From the NCBI GenBank assembly GCA_051362555.1, contig CM120649.1:9982001-10046000 (forward strand): a stretch of 64,000 bases of DNA, given 5' to 3'. The notes beneath the pieces were generated by a model that had not been told where the DNA came from, searched no databases, and worked only from the letters and a program-made list of their open reading frames with translations. The position numbers were made by a program, and so were the translations under genes. Shown piece by piece: positions 26,601-37,659 of the stretch. The first letter of the stretch is position 1. Every line of letters begins with the position of its first letter. This DNA is from Lingula anatina. Taxonomy: Eukaryota; Animalia; Brachiopoda.

Positions 26601-29600
26601 GAAAATATACTTTTTGGAGTATCCAAAACAAATTTCAAGCCTCTAAATTACATTATTCTTGTCTCCAAATTTTATATATATACTTGTTTTAAAAGAAAAA
26701 TGCAGCCGACCTTCCCTTCCCTTCTCTTATATATCAAAACAAAATTCGAATTAGAAAAATATGTTTCTCAAAAAAATCTTCAATTAGGCCATTTTCTTAC
26801 AGAGTGGAGAACCTGGGATTCTATTTTTGACTAGTTTCTCCACTTATAAATTTACTTTACTTTTTCGATAATTTCTTATGTGAAATGTAAAATGTTGGTA
26901 TCTTGTTATGTGCAGCATCACTTGTAATATACTGTTTCGTACGTAGTCCGGCTATCTACATGTTTACTTAATGTATAATGAATGTCTTGTGTGTGTTATT
27001 GTGTGTGTGTGTGTTAGTGTGTGTGTCTACAGATGTATTTTTGTTTGTCTTTTTGTGAATAAAAAAAAAAAAAAAAAAAAAACTAACAATGTTGTAAAGA
27101 TGCAGGAAATATCAAACAAACACTTTTACGCATCTAATTAGTTCAATAATGAGACTGTTAACATGCCTAATAATTGAATCTGAGGAAATGTGAAAAAACA
27201 GTATAACTTCTAAAATAATGGCCCGATTATGCTGATTTTCGAACTCAACCTGCGTTTTAGTAAGATTGACCACTCCTGTGAATATAATGCCAATTGGCCA
27301 ATCCATTTTTCTTATATTGTGTTATCAGTGTTGCATTTATATTGAAAAGTGAAAAAACAGCATAAATTCCCTAAAAATGGCCCAATCATGCTGATTTTCG
27401 AACTTGACCTGCGTATTAAGAATTTTCATCAGTTCTGTAAGTTTCAAGCCAAAAGGTAAAATGGTTTTCCAATTACTGTGTTATCGGTGCTGCATATATG
27501 CTGAAAAAGTGAAAAAACAGCATAAATTCCCTAAAAATGGCCCAATCATGCCGATTTTCGAACTTGACCTGCATATTATGAATATTCATCAGTTCTGTAA
27601 GTTTCAAGTCAAAAGGTACAATGGTTTTTCACTTATCGTGTTATCGGTGCTGCATATATGTTGAAAAAAGTGAAAAAACAGCATAAATTCCCTAAGAGTG
27701 ACCCGATCATGCTGATTTTCGAACTTGACCTGCGTATTATGAATATTCATCAGTTCTGCAAGTTTCAAATCAAAAGGCAAAATGGTTTTCCACTTATCGT
27801 GTTATCGGTAAAAGTGCACGGCAACGACGACGGCGACGACGGCGACGACAGACGCAGATGATGGCTATATGTACAGACACATCTGTGTCTGTACATAATA
27901 ATTTTCCTTTTTATTGAAAAAGAAAATCTAAGTTCAACAAATCTAAGTGCTTTTTTTTAGGTTCATTCATTTCTTGTAGATTACAATGTTTTTGATTAGT
28001 CAAATTTTAAATATATGTATCTTTTCATTTGGATTTTCTTTTTCATTTCAGACATTAACTTATCTTCAATTTATTTATTTATTTATTTATTTATTTATTA
28101 AGCCTTACCACCCTGGGTCTGGCTGGATATGGGAGCCTGAACCCTTTAGGAACAGGTGCCTCCAGGTGACCACCAAGGACAGCATGGAAGTGACCTGTAC
28201 ATGGGGAGAACTGGACATGGAAATAAAAGGTCTTATAATTCTATTAAATCTAACTAATGGAAAGAAAAAGTGAATTAACATTATTATTCTATAAATGTAA
28301 GATATGGAAAGAAATGGTCCTTTAATTCTATCAAATGAAATTTAGACTATTTCATTCTCAGTGTCTATATCATAATTTGTGAATAACAAAAAATGTATGC
28401 ATCTTATTCCAGAGTCTAACTACACATATGAACCTGAAGTCCACACCAGTGATAAGGAAATTGCAGGTAATAATTCAGTTGAGTTTAGCAATTTACTTGG
28501 TGTGTTTGTTCATTCTCACTATTTGCAAGGAATCTTGAAGTAAAATTATCAATGTTTTTGACTACAAACACTTTAACTCTCAGGGTGCAAGTCTTGACCC
28601 TTGAAGCTGTTGATTATCAGGGACCGTTCACAATGAATTTGGTCAATTTTGTCTACCTAGCTAATGTGCACTAACTTCATGGAAACTTCAGAATGCAATC
28701 AGATTAATAAAAAAACATAACTGACTAACACATCCCCTCTTGTTTCTTACTTACCCGTAATTACATTACTACTGCCGTAACGTAACGTGTTAAGCTTAGA
28801 TTCAATATAAATTGTATTCCCTTTCATTTTAATTATTCTGATTCAGTTGATGCCAAGGATGATAACAGAGTAAAGGCTCCTAACACTGAAGAGACAGGTA
28901 AGACAGGAATCTCAGTAAAATATTTATTATTTAAATACACATATGAAATGTACACATGTGCACACTTGCACACACACACACTCTTTATTTTCAGAAAAAT
29001 CCATGCTTTTAACTGTGTAAAGATTGAACATGATTTGCACTCCTTTAAATTTGCTTCTGTTCTTTCAGTTGATACCAAAGACAAGAAATATGCAACAGTT
29101 TTAACAGTTGTTAAAAGTATTGAGGAGATAGGTGAGACCAGAAACTCAGTAATGCACGTGTCCACATGCACTAACATGCACTCTCACACAGTACACACAC
29201 ACACCACGTTGCTTATCCAAAGTCTTGTCTTTAGCATACTTAAGAAGATCCAAATTTATTTTAAGTGAATTGTATTTGAATGTGTTTTCACCAATGTAAT
29301 TCCGTATTTGTGCCCGAATTCCGTTTGAACATGGATTTTGTTTCATTTGGTTTCAATTCCATATTTTTTGCTTTAGCCGACATTAAAGATGCAAACAGTG
29401 TGTCACTTGCTGAGGATATCAAGAAAAGAGGTAAGAAAGTTAGGTCCATTTAAACACACCCAAAAAGTTTACACACACACACACACACACACAGAAGCAG
29501 GCTCTCATACACAATCATTGTGTTAATTCACTGTTAGGTGATCTTATTCATTATTGTATCTTTGTCTGTGTATGATATCCTTGTTGTGCTCATGGACAGA

Positions 29601-29752
29601 ATTATTTTGTTTTCCATTTTTTTCTTCAGTTAATGTCAAAGACACAAAAATTGTGATAGAGGACGTGAAGGAGAGAGGTAAGACGACAGGGTCTATATAA
29701 TAGGTATCTACTTATTACAGTGTTAAAATGTGACTGTGCATGCACTTGCATG

Positions 29753-29793
<41 letters not shown>

Positions 29794-30471
29794 CTTGTTG
29801 TGCAAACAGTATTTGTACTTTTGACAAGTATTAATTGAAATTCAAAATTTGATTATTCTTAACAGTGGTAAATGTGTTTCAATGTTGATTTATTTATGAA
29901 ATAAGATGGTGCACAGACTGTATATTGAAGGTTATAATATATTATAGCATTTTACGGAGTAATGTTTTGTCATATATTTCAGCACCCAAGGATCGCCGTC
30001 CTTCACGGTGGCGGAGATTATTTAATCTTTTTACATCCTGCTTTAGGCGCAGGTCAAGGACATAAATGGTTATTATTATTATTATTATTATTAAATAAAA
30101 ATTATCACTTCAAACATTGAGAAATTAGGAAAATTTGACATCATTTTCAAAAAAACAGATTTATTTTACTGTCATATGAAAGTTTTGTTTGCTTCCTTCT
30201 TTGGATGGCATCATAACTAAGTTGAAGTTTTTAAGAGGCAAACTATGTCAAACAACTGGTAAAAATTGTATTTTAATGGCAGTTATTATATGATAGCAGC
30301 CAAGAGCTGGTAGTTGTTGGATTGCTGCCTTTTAATAACTAATACATTTTAAGTGAATTATATTTTAATGTTTTTATCTTCTTATTTTTCAGGGAGGATA
30401 GTGCAGAACTACTAGAGTATTTTTACCTCTGTGGCAGTCAATTTAAAAACTTCAATATATCATTCTCTTAG
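16190..30471 (+). CDS. CBM20 (starch/glycogen-binding) domain protein, copy A, ~265 aa; join(16190-16238,16794-16996,28103-28229,28413-28466,28847-28897,29069-29131,29377-29430,29630-29677,29983-30052,30393-30471)
   Basis: All introns are GT-AG and the phases join into one open frame: MSVNMEIENNKEEQCAP-MATVRILLKDNILKAKAVGRGTALGTWDTQRGVNLARCTELGVPVLRAEVLLPKAANIEWKFVRPQN-PYHPGSGWIWEPEPFRNRCLQVTTKDSMEVTCTWGELDMEIK-ESNYTYEPEVHTSDKEIA-VDAKDDNRVKAPNTEET-VDTKDKKYATVLTVVKSIEEI-ADIKDANSVSLAEDIKKR-VNVKDTKIVIEDVKER-APKDRRPSRWRRLFNLFTSCFRR-REDSAELLEYFYLCGSQFKNFNISFS*. The motif order VG..LGxW..L..V.LP..IEWKFV..WE..NR..WG matches CBM20. AATAAA at 30478. The first ATG directly follows an acceptor (ttattgcag), so an unidentified upstream exon is expected. 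The last exon is less certain (alternative: read-through to TAA at 30063). Confidence 0.85.
16323..16574. mobile_element. PIF/Harbinger-like MITE in intron 1 (also at 39964-40213 in copy B)
   Basis: TIR GACTGAGTTCCCATACCTAGATC / GATCTAGGTATGGGGACCAAGTC and inner arms CCATCTCCAAGGGGTTTCTCCC / GGGAGAAACCTCTTGGAGATGG. Present in both copies, so it predates the duplication. Confidence 0.75.
21519..22427 (+). CDS. LINE ORF1 protein (coiled coil + RRM-like + C-terminal domain), 302 aa from ATG 21519
   Basis: Intact ORF with a heptad-rich E/K region followed by EQYSRKLNVRV, HRIP, VIVKL and LYDDIT motifs typical of L1-type ORF1p. Lies upstream of ORF2. Confidence 0.9.
   Translation: MPGDRKKSTQSTIDQYKNQKKESAEKPSKKEKRSHSDVAEESMEGADLDSQLASIHGDLAGIKEVLSSLVTKDEISDIVATITDQMLEKQYELIQSEMKIRIAEVTGKMQDKIDSLLLENENLKEKLNEKEKKLKDLEERVVQNHARSTEAIKQTNYNEQYSRKLNVRVLNFPPCNKENLRSDFPEFLKKEINIELAPHDITAIHRIPGREGQHQPVIVKLRNNDIKRSIMTKKKEIKSSVRLYDDITHRNLALMSKIRQTGLVDYVWFYNGGVYAQKSTGKRIKFDLFDNIEEKIKKYRGS
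23042..26834 (+). pseudogene. LINE ORF2 (AP endonuclease, reverse transcriptase, CCHC knuckle), ~1263 aa when repaired; one +1 frameshift and one in-frame stop
   Basis: APE motifs SINCQG, LQDTH, IYGPN, GDFN, RLDFFL, SDH. RT motifs KSPGSDG, WRPITLLN, DFEKAFDSV, GCRQGDPLSP, QYADD. An extra A in the A8 run at 25591-25598 (removal gives IKKLSSIFFQFIWGSKIDKVKR...GGLKM) joins the 878-aa and 276-aa ORFs. TAG at 26523-26525 follows CFICG..EDLRHVFLNC and the frame continues to 26834. Confidence 0.95.
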
Positions 30472-30566
30472 TTTTACAATAAAAATTTAATTTTCTGTTA
30501 TCAAATGAGTTTTGTTTTTCCTTCTTTTCTAAATTAAAAAGTTTAATTTAGCATTAAAATGTATAA

Positions 30567-30692
30567 TGCACAATAAATAAAGTACTACATCAATTACTTT
30601 ATTCCAATGCAATAAACAAAGTACTGCATCAATTACTTTATTCCAATGCACAATAAATGAAGTACTACATCAATTACTTTATTACAATGCAC
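30567..30692 (+). repeat. ~40-bp tandem repeat x3 containing AATAAA, downstream of the CBM20 gene (also 46221-46346)
   Basis: TGCACAATAAATAAAGTACTACATCAATTACTTTATTCCAA repeated three times. Confidence 0.8.
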
Positions 30693-31455
30693 CAAAATTT
30701 CTGACTCCCTGATCCCAGTGCTAGCTAAATTATCTCAAAATGTTTAATCACATTTCTTATTCTATTTCTTTTACATTGAAACATTTAACTATAGATACAT
30801 ACATGAACAGTGGTATATGTACTTACCCAAAAACAGCTCAATTACTGAGTATTATATTTTTGCTTCTACATTTCAGCATTTTCACATTTAAATGAAATAG
30901 ATATGCCAATTCTTTGATTATGCAAGTTTCTTAATCCAAAATTGTAATATCAAGGAATGGAATGTCACAGAAGGTGCGCAGTACCAAGCAAATGTTTCCT
31001 TGTCTGGACACGGCTAGTTTTCCTGAGAAACAATTGTCAGTTTATATATGATACTTAAAAATACAAAAAGAAATCACTGTCTTCAGTAATTATGGTGGCA
31101 TTCATAAGGAGCTGCAAGCATGGCCTGTAGTTGTCTTGCTTTATTTAAAACGGGTCATAATGTCTTCAGACATTTGGGCAGCTTGAAATATTCCAATTAC
31201 TTCGGATCCTTAGAGGTAAATGAGTTCTAACTGAAAAGTATAAAACAAATTAATAAAAACAATTTTAAAATCCCAGCTGATTTTGGTCTTCTTAAAAAAG
31301 GGAAATGTTCACATCAGTAATATTTCCTAGGTTTCATGACACTTCGTTAAAGAAAAAATGCACAAACCTTTTCACTTTCTAAAACAATTATTCCAAGAGT
31401 ACCAGCAGTATTTTCCATACAAATTAGTGGGTAAAATGAAATTGTTTCGTTTCAC

Positions 31456-31511
31456 AAACACACACACACACTCTCTCTTTCTCTTTTGCTCTTTCACTCT
31501 GAGTCTCTCTC

Positions 31512-31564
<53 letters not shown>

Positions 31565-31626
31565 CTGTTTTTCTCTTTTTCTCTCTCTCCCTGGCTCTGT
31601 TTTTCTTTCTCCGTTTCTCACACACA
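31456..31626. repeat. (CA)n/(CT)n compound microsatellite next to the duplication junction (shorter version at 47112-47250)
   Basis: Direct reading of the sequence. Confidence 0.9.
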
Positions 31627-31634
31627 AAATCCCT

Positions 31635-34600
31635 GTGATAAGCTAATCAGTTGACTGTGTTTTTTTAAGTGCCAAGTTTATTGGAAATTGATAATCAGAA
31701 GTGTGGGTTTGACCAAAACAAATATTGCAATGTATTATTTACTATCAAGGAAAAAAGCAAATGTGATGATTTGAATTTGTTTGTGAAGGAGGTTGCAAGT
31801 TACCTACAGATGTCATCTGGAAAACAATATATACCCATACAAGACTCCTCCTTACTATTAATGTCAGATGCAGATTACTCCTTACAATGGGTGTCTGGAA
31901 TGGGTTGTTGTTAGCACAATATTTGACAATGTCCTAAATCTTGCCACATGTCATGTATTGTACACATGGATAAGACATAGTTCTGCTCTTGCTGCTGTCT
32001 TTCACTGCCTGCTTTTTTATGGTAAGGGTAATCTGGAAAGAAAGAACAATAAACTTCAGAAAACTGAAAATTACACTGAAAAAAAAACTGGCAAACACCA
32101 CGACTTAAAATAGTTAAATGATAATAATTTTGTCAAATCTTGTCCAACATTTCTGATATTTTAACAAATGATGCTTAACATCAATACAAATCTGTGATAA
32201 TCTGATCAGTTGACTGTGTGTCTAACGAAAAGTATTTTCTATGGACGATATATTTGAGAAAAATGAAAATTACGCTGAAAACACTGGCAAATTCCATGAC
32301 TTAAAATAGTTAAATGTTAATAATTTTGACAAATCTTGTCTTATACTTCTGAAATTTGCACAAATGATGCTTAACAACAATAAAAATCTGTGATAAGCTG
32401 ATCAGTTCACTGTGTCTAATGAAAAGTATTTTCTTTGGACGATATATTAGAGAAAACTCAAAATTACACTGAATATAAGTTGGCGAATTTCATGACTTAA
32501 AATAGTTAAACGTTAATAATTTTGTCAAATCTCATCCAATGTTTCTAAAATCTGTACAGATGATGCTTAACAACAATAAAAGTCTGTGATAAGCTGATCA
32601 GTTGTCAATGTCAAATAAAAAGTGTTCTTTGGGGCAATATATTTCGGAAAACAGAAAACTACCACAAAAACACTGGCAAATTCCATGGCTCAAAATAGTC
32701 AAACGTTAATAATTTTGTCAAATCTTGTCCAATTCTTCTGAAATTTGCACAAAAGATGCTTAACAACAATTAAAATCTGTGATAAGCTAATCAGTTGACT
32801 TTGTTTTCTTAAGTGCCAAGTTTATTGGAAATTGATAATCAGAAGTGTGAGAACTGACCAAATCAAATATTGGAATATTGCAATGTATTATTTACTATCA
32901 AAGAAAAAAGCAAATGTGATGATTTGAGTTTTTTTGTGAAGGAGGTTGCAAGTTACCTACAGATGTCATCTGGAAAACAATATATACCAATACAAGACTC
33001 CTTATTATTAATGTCAGATGCAGATTACTCCTTACAATGGGTTTCTGGAATGGGTTGTTGTTAGCACAATATTTGACAATGTCCTAAATCTTGCCACATG
33101 TCATGTATTGTACACATGGATAAGACATAGTTCTTCTCTTGATGCTGTCTTTCACTGCCTGCTTTTTTATGGTAAGGGTACTCTGGAAAGAAAGAACAAT
33201 AAACTTCAGAAAACTGAAAATTACACTGAAAAAAAAAACTGGGAAATTCCATGACTTAAAATAGTTAAATGTTAATAATTTTGACAAGTCTTGTCCAATG
33301 TTTCTGAAATTTGCACAAATGATGCTTAATAACAATAAAAATCCGTGATAAGCTAATTAGTTGACTGTGTCTAACGAAAAGTATTTTCTTTGGACAATAT
33401 TTTAGAGAAAACTAAAAATTACACTGAAAATAAGTTGGCAGATTCCATGACTTAAAATAGTAAAACGTTAATAATTTTGTCAAATCTCATTCAATGTTTC
33501 TAAAATCTGTACAAATGATGCTTAACAACAATAAAAGTCTGTGATAAGCTGATCAGTTGTTAGTGTCAAATGAAAATTGTTCTTTGGGGCAATATATTTC
33601 GGAAAACGGAAAACTACCATAAAAACACTGGCAAATTCCATGGCTCAAAATAGTTAAACGTTAATAATTTTGTAAAATCTTGTCAAATACTTCTGAAATT
33701 TGCACAAATGATGCTTAACAACAATAAAAGTCTGTGATAAGCTGATCAGTTGACTGTGTCTAACGAAAAGTATTTTCTTCGGACGATATATTAGAGAAAA
33801 CTCAAAATTACACTGAAAATAAGTTGGCAAAATCCATGACTTAAAATAGTTAAATGTAAATAGTTTTGTCAAATCTCATCCAATGTTTCTAAAATCTGTA
33901 CAAATGATGCTTAACAAAAATAAAAGTCTGTGATAAGCTGATCAGTTGTCAATGTCAAATGAAATGTGTTCTTTGGGGCAATATATTTCGGGAAACAGAA
34001 AACTACCACAAAAACACTGGACAAGTGTTAAACGCAAAATAGTTAAACGTTAATAATTTTGTCAAATCTTGTCCAATACTTCTGAAATTTGCACAAAATA
34101 TGCTTAACAACAATAAAAATCTGTGATAAGCTAATCAGTTGACTGTGTTTTTTTAAGTGCCAAGTTTATTGGAAATTGATAATCAGAAGTGTGGGTTTGA
34201 CCAAAACAAATATTGCAATATTGCAATGTATTATTTACTATTAAAGAAAAAAGCAAATGTGATGATTTGAATTTGTTTGTGAAGGAGGTTGCAAGTTACC
34301 TACAGATGTCATCTGGAAAACAATATATACCCATACAAGACTCCTTACTATTAATGTCAGATGCAGATTATTCCTTACAATGGGTTTCTGGAATGGGTTG
34401 TTGTTAGCACAATATTTGACAATGTCCTAAATCTTGCCAAATGTCATGTATTGTACACATGGATAAGACATAGTTCTGCTCTTGCTGCTGTCTTTCACTG
34501 CCTGCTTTTTTATGGTAAGGGTAATCTGGAAAGAAAGAACAATAAACTTCAGAAAACTGAAAATTACACTGAAAAAAACTGGCAAACACCATGACTTAAA

Positions 34601-36240
34601 ATAGTTAAATGATAATAATTTTGTCAAATCTTGTCCAACATTTCTGATATTTTAACAAATGATGCTTAACATCAATACAAATCTGCGATAATCTGATCAG
34701 TTGACTGTGTGTCTAACGAAAAGTATTTTCTATGGATGATATATTTGAGAAAAATGAAAATTACGCTGAAAACAGTAATTTGGCAAATTCCATGACTTAA
34801 AATAGTTAAATGTTAATAATTTTGACAAATCTTGTCTTATACTTCTGAAATTTGCACAAATGATGCTTAATAACAATAAAAATCCGTGATAAGCTAATTA
34901 GTTGACTGTGTCTAACGAAAAGTATTTTCTTTGGACAATATTTTAGAGAAAACTAAAAATTACACTGAAAATAAGTTGGCAGATTCCATGACTTAAAATA
35001 GTAAAACGTTAATAATTTTGTCAAATCTCATTCAATGTTTCTAAAATCTGTACAAATGATGCTTAACAACAATAAAAGTCTGTGATAAGCTGATCAGTTG
35101 TTAGTGTCAAAAGAAAATTGTTCTTTGGGGCAATATATTTCGGAAAACGGAAAACTACCTTAAAAACACTGGCAAATTCCATGGCTTAAAATAGTTAAAT
35201 GTTAATAATTTTGACAAATCTTGTCTTATACTTCTGAAATTTGCACAAATGATGCTTAACAACAATAAAAATCTGTGTTAAGCTGATCAGTTGACTGTGT
35301 CTAACGAAAAGTATTTTCTTTGGACAATATATAAGAGAAAACTCAAAATTTCACTGAAAATAAGTTGGCAAATTTCATGACTTAAAATAGTTAAATGTAA
35401 ATAATTTTGTCAAATCTCATCCAATGTTTCTAAAATCTGTACAAATGATGCTTAACAACAATAAAAGTCTGTGATAAGCTGATCAGTTGACTGTGTCTAA
35501 TGAAAAGTGTTCTTTGGGGCAATATATTTTGGAAAACAGAAAACTACCTTAAAAACACTGGCAAATTCCATGGCTCAAAATACTTAATGTTAATTATTTT
35601 GTCAAATCTTGTCCAATATTTCTTAAATTTGCACAAAAGATGCTTAACAACAATAAAAATCTGTGATAAGCTAATCAGGTGGCTTTGTTTTCTTAAGTGC
35701 CAAGTTTATTGGAAATTGATTATCAGAAGTGTGAGAATTATTCAAAATAAATATTTCAACATTGCAATGTATTATTTACTACCAAAGAAAACAGCAAATG
35801 TGATGATTTGAGTTTGTTTGTGTAGGAGGTTGCAAGTTACCTATAGCTCTCATCTGGAAAACAATATATACCCATACAAGACGCCTCCTTACTATCAATG
35901 TCAGATGCAGATTACTCCTTACAATGGGTTTCTGGAATGGGTTGTTGTTAGCACAATATTTGACAATGTTCTAAATCTTGCCACATGTCATGTATTGTAC
36001 ACATGGATAAGACAGTGCTGCTCTTGCTGCTGTCTTTCACTGCCTGCTTTTTCATGGTATGGCTACTCTTAAAAAGAACAATATAACTGAGAAAATTGAA
36101 AATTACATTGAAAAGACTGGCAAATTCCATGACTTAAAATAGTTAAATGATAATAATTTTGTCAAATCTTGACCAACATTTCTGATATAGTTATACATTA
36201 TAGTTATACATTAATAATTTTGTCAAATCTGGTCTAATGC
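31635..36240. repeat. Satellite array, same 195-bp higher-order repeat, longer copy
   Basis: Same monomer; the ~400-bp module occurs at ~31660, ~32800, ~34146 and ~35685. Confidence 0.93.
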
Positions 36241-36389
36241 TTCAGAAATTTGTACAAATTAAGCTTTACACTACAGCACTACTGATTCAAAAATTCACTG
36301 AAATATTAAAAGATCCACAATACAATGTGATCTACGGAAGAGCATTTAATAAATGAATATTATGTTGTTACTTGACCATTTTAAAATTA

Positions 36390-37203
36390 ATCTGGAGTCA
36401 ATGTGTTCCATTGTGGCAGTATAGTCCTGTGCCTCCTAGTACAGTGTAGTAGTCATGAGTCATTGTGTTCCATTGTGGCAGTATACATAGTCCTGTGCCT
36501 CCTAGTACAGTGAAGTAGTCATGACTCATTGTGCTCCATTGTGGCAGTATAGTCCTGTGCCTCCTAGTACAGTGTAGTAGTCTGGAGTTATTGTATTCCA
36601 TTGTGGCAGTATAGTCCTGTGTCTCCTAGTACAGTGTAGTAGTCTGGAGTCATTGTATTCCATTGTGGCAGTATAGTCCTGTGTCTCCTAGTACAGTGTA
36701 GTAGTCTGGAGTCATTGTGTTCCATTATGTCAGTACAGTCCTATGCCTTCTAGTACAGTGTAGTAGTCTGGAGTCATTGTGTTCCATTGTGTCAGTATAG
36801 TCCTGTGTCTCCTAGTACAGCGTAGTAGTCTGGAGTCATTGTATTCCATTGTGGCAGTATAGTCCTGTGCCTCCTAGTACAGTGAAGTAGTCATGAGTCA
36901 TTGTGTTCCATTGTGGCAGTATAGTCCTGTGTCTCCTAGTACAGTGTAGTAGTCTGGAGTTATTGTATTCCATTGTGGCAGTATAGTCCTGTGCCTCCTA
37001 GTATAGTGTAGTAGTCTGGAGACATTGTGTTCCATTGTGTCAGTATAGTCCTGTGTCTCCTAGTACAGTGTACATGTAGTAGTCTGGAGTCATTGTATTC
37101 CATTGTGTCAGTATAGTCCTGTGTCTCCTAGTACAGTGTAGTCTGGAGTCATTGTATTACATTGTGGCAGTACAGTCCTATGTCTCTTAGTACAGTGTAG
37201 TAG
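36390..37203. repeat. 62-bp minisatellite, ~13 units
   Basis: Same unit and flanks as 12953-13570, with a different copy number. Confidence 0.95.
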
Positions 37204-37659
37204 ACTAAAGTCAGATGATGGACTGGAAGAGATAAAAAACTCAGTGGTCAGGAATTTTCCACAAAAAGTTCCAGAGTGTGAGAGTATTGACAATTTATTA
37301 CTTTTGTTCAACAAAAAAAAAACGTGAATGAATGTGTAAAAAAAATTATCTTACAAAATAAAGTGTTGTTGTTGGTTACAGCCGAGGCATACACTACTAT
37401 ACTAGTGCTGGTAATACAGAAGACAGGTGGATTTCCTGTCGTCACTGAAACTCGGGATGGTAGTGCTAATACATGTTAGTGATGGCAGAAACTAAAAGAT
37501 AGAAAACCAGTACAACAGAACAGCAGAACAGACTAAAATGCGGAATACAGTAAAAAGTGGAACGTGTATTAAATACATTGTGGAACAAGGGAATATTATT
37601 TATGTGATGCTAAAAGAAAAACAAGACAAATATAAATATATTGAGTTATTACTATTATT

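Larger units (their letters stand above)
21422..27080 (+). mobile_element. Full-length non-LTR retrotransposon, L1/Tx1 clade
   Basis: Starts GGGGAGGTGAGTCAAGATGGCG. Contains ORF1 and ORF2 (APE, RT, CCHC). Ends with AATAAA at 27058 running into the poly(A) tail. TSD AACTAACAA at 21413-21421 and 27081-27089. The uninterrupted target is seen in the related repeat at ~61268-61290. Confidence 0.96.
17048..27897 (-). mobile_element. Large composite non-autonomous Helentron-type element (HINE) in intron 2 of CBM20 gene copy A; carries the LINE
   Basis: Right end: 14-bp perfect palindrome TATGTACAGACACA-tc-TGTGTCTGTACATA, then a (GACGGC/GAC)n microsatellite and ~160-bp tandem repeats. Left end: sub-terminal repeat ATGTACAGACA and short hairpin GGCAGC-AAA-GCTGTC. 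The empty site GATGAAAATAATTTTCC is at 43374-43390 in copy B. Inserted in an A/T run with 2 extra A and no longer TSD. Confidence 0.85.

Noticed and set aside
16190-30471. Naming the gene STBD1 or EPM2A
   Set aside because: The CBM20 is N-terminal, no N-terminal transmembrane segment is visible and no phosphatase domain follows. Orthology cannot be shown without a phylogeny.
10113-36130. Recurring 60-100 aa ORFs (MQITPYNG..., MCRRLQVT...) as a gene family
   Set aside because: They arise from the repeated satellite module. Stops and frameshifts differ between copies and no domain is recognisable.
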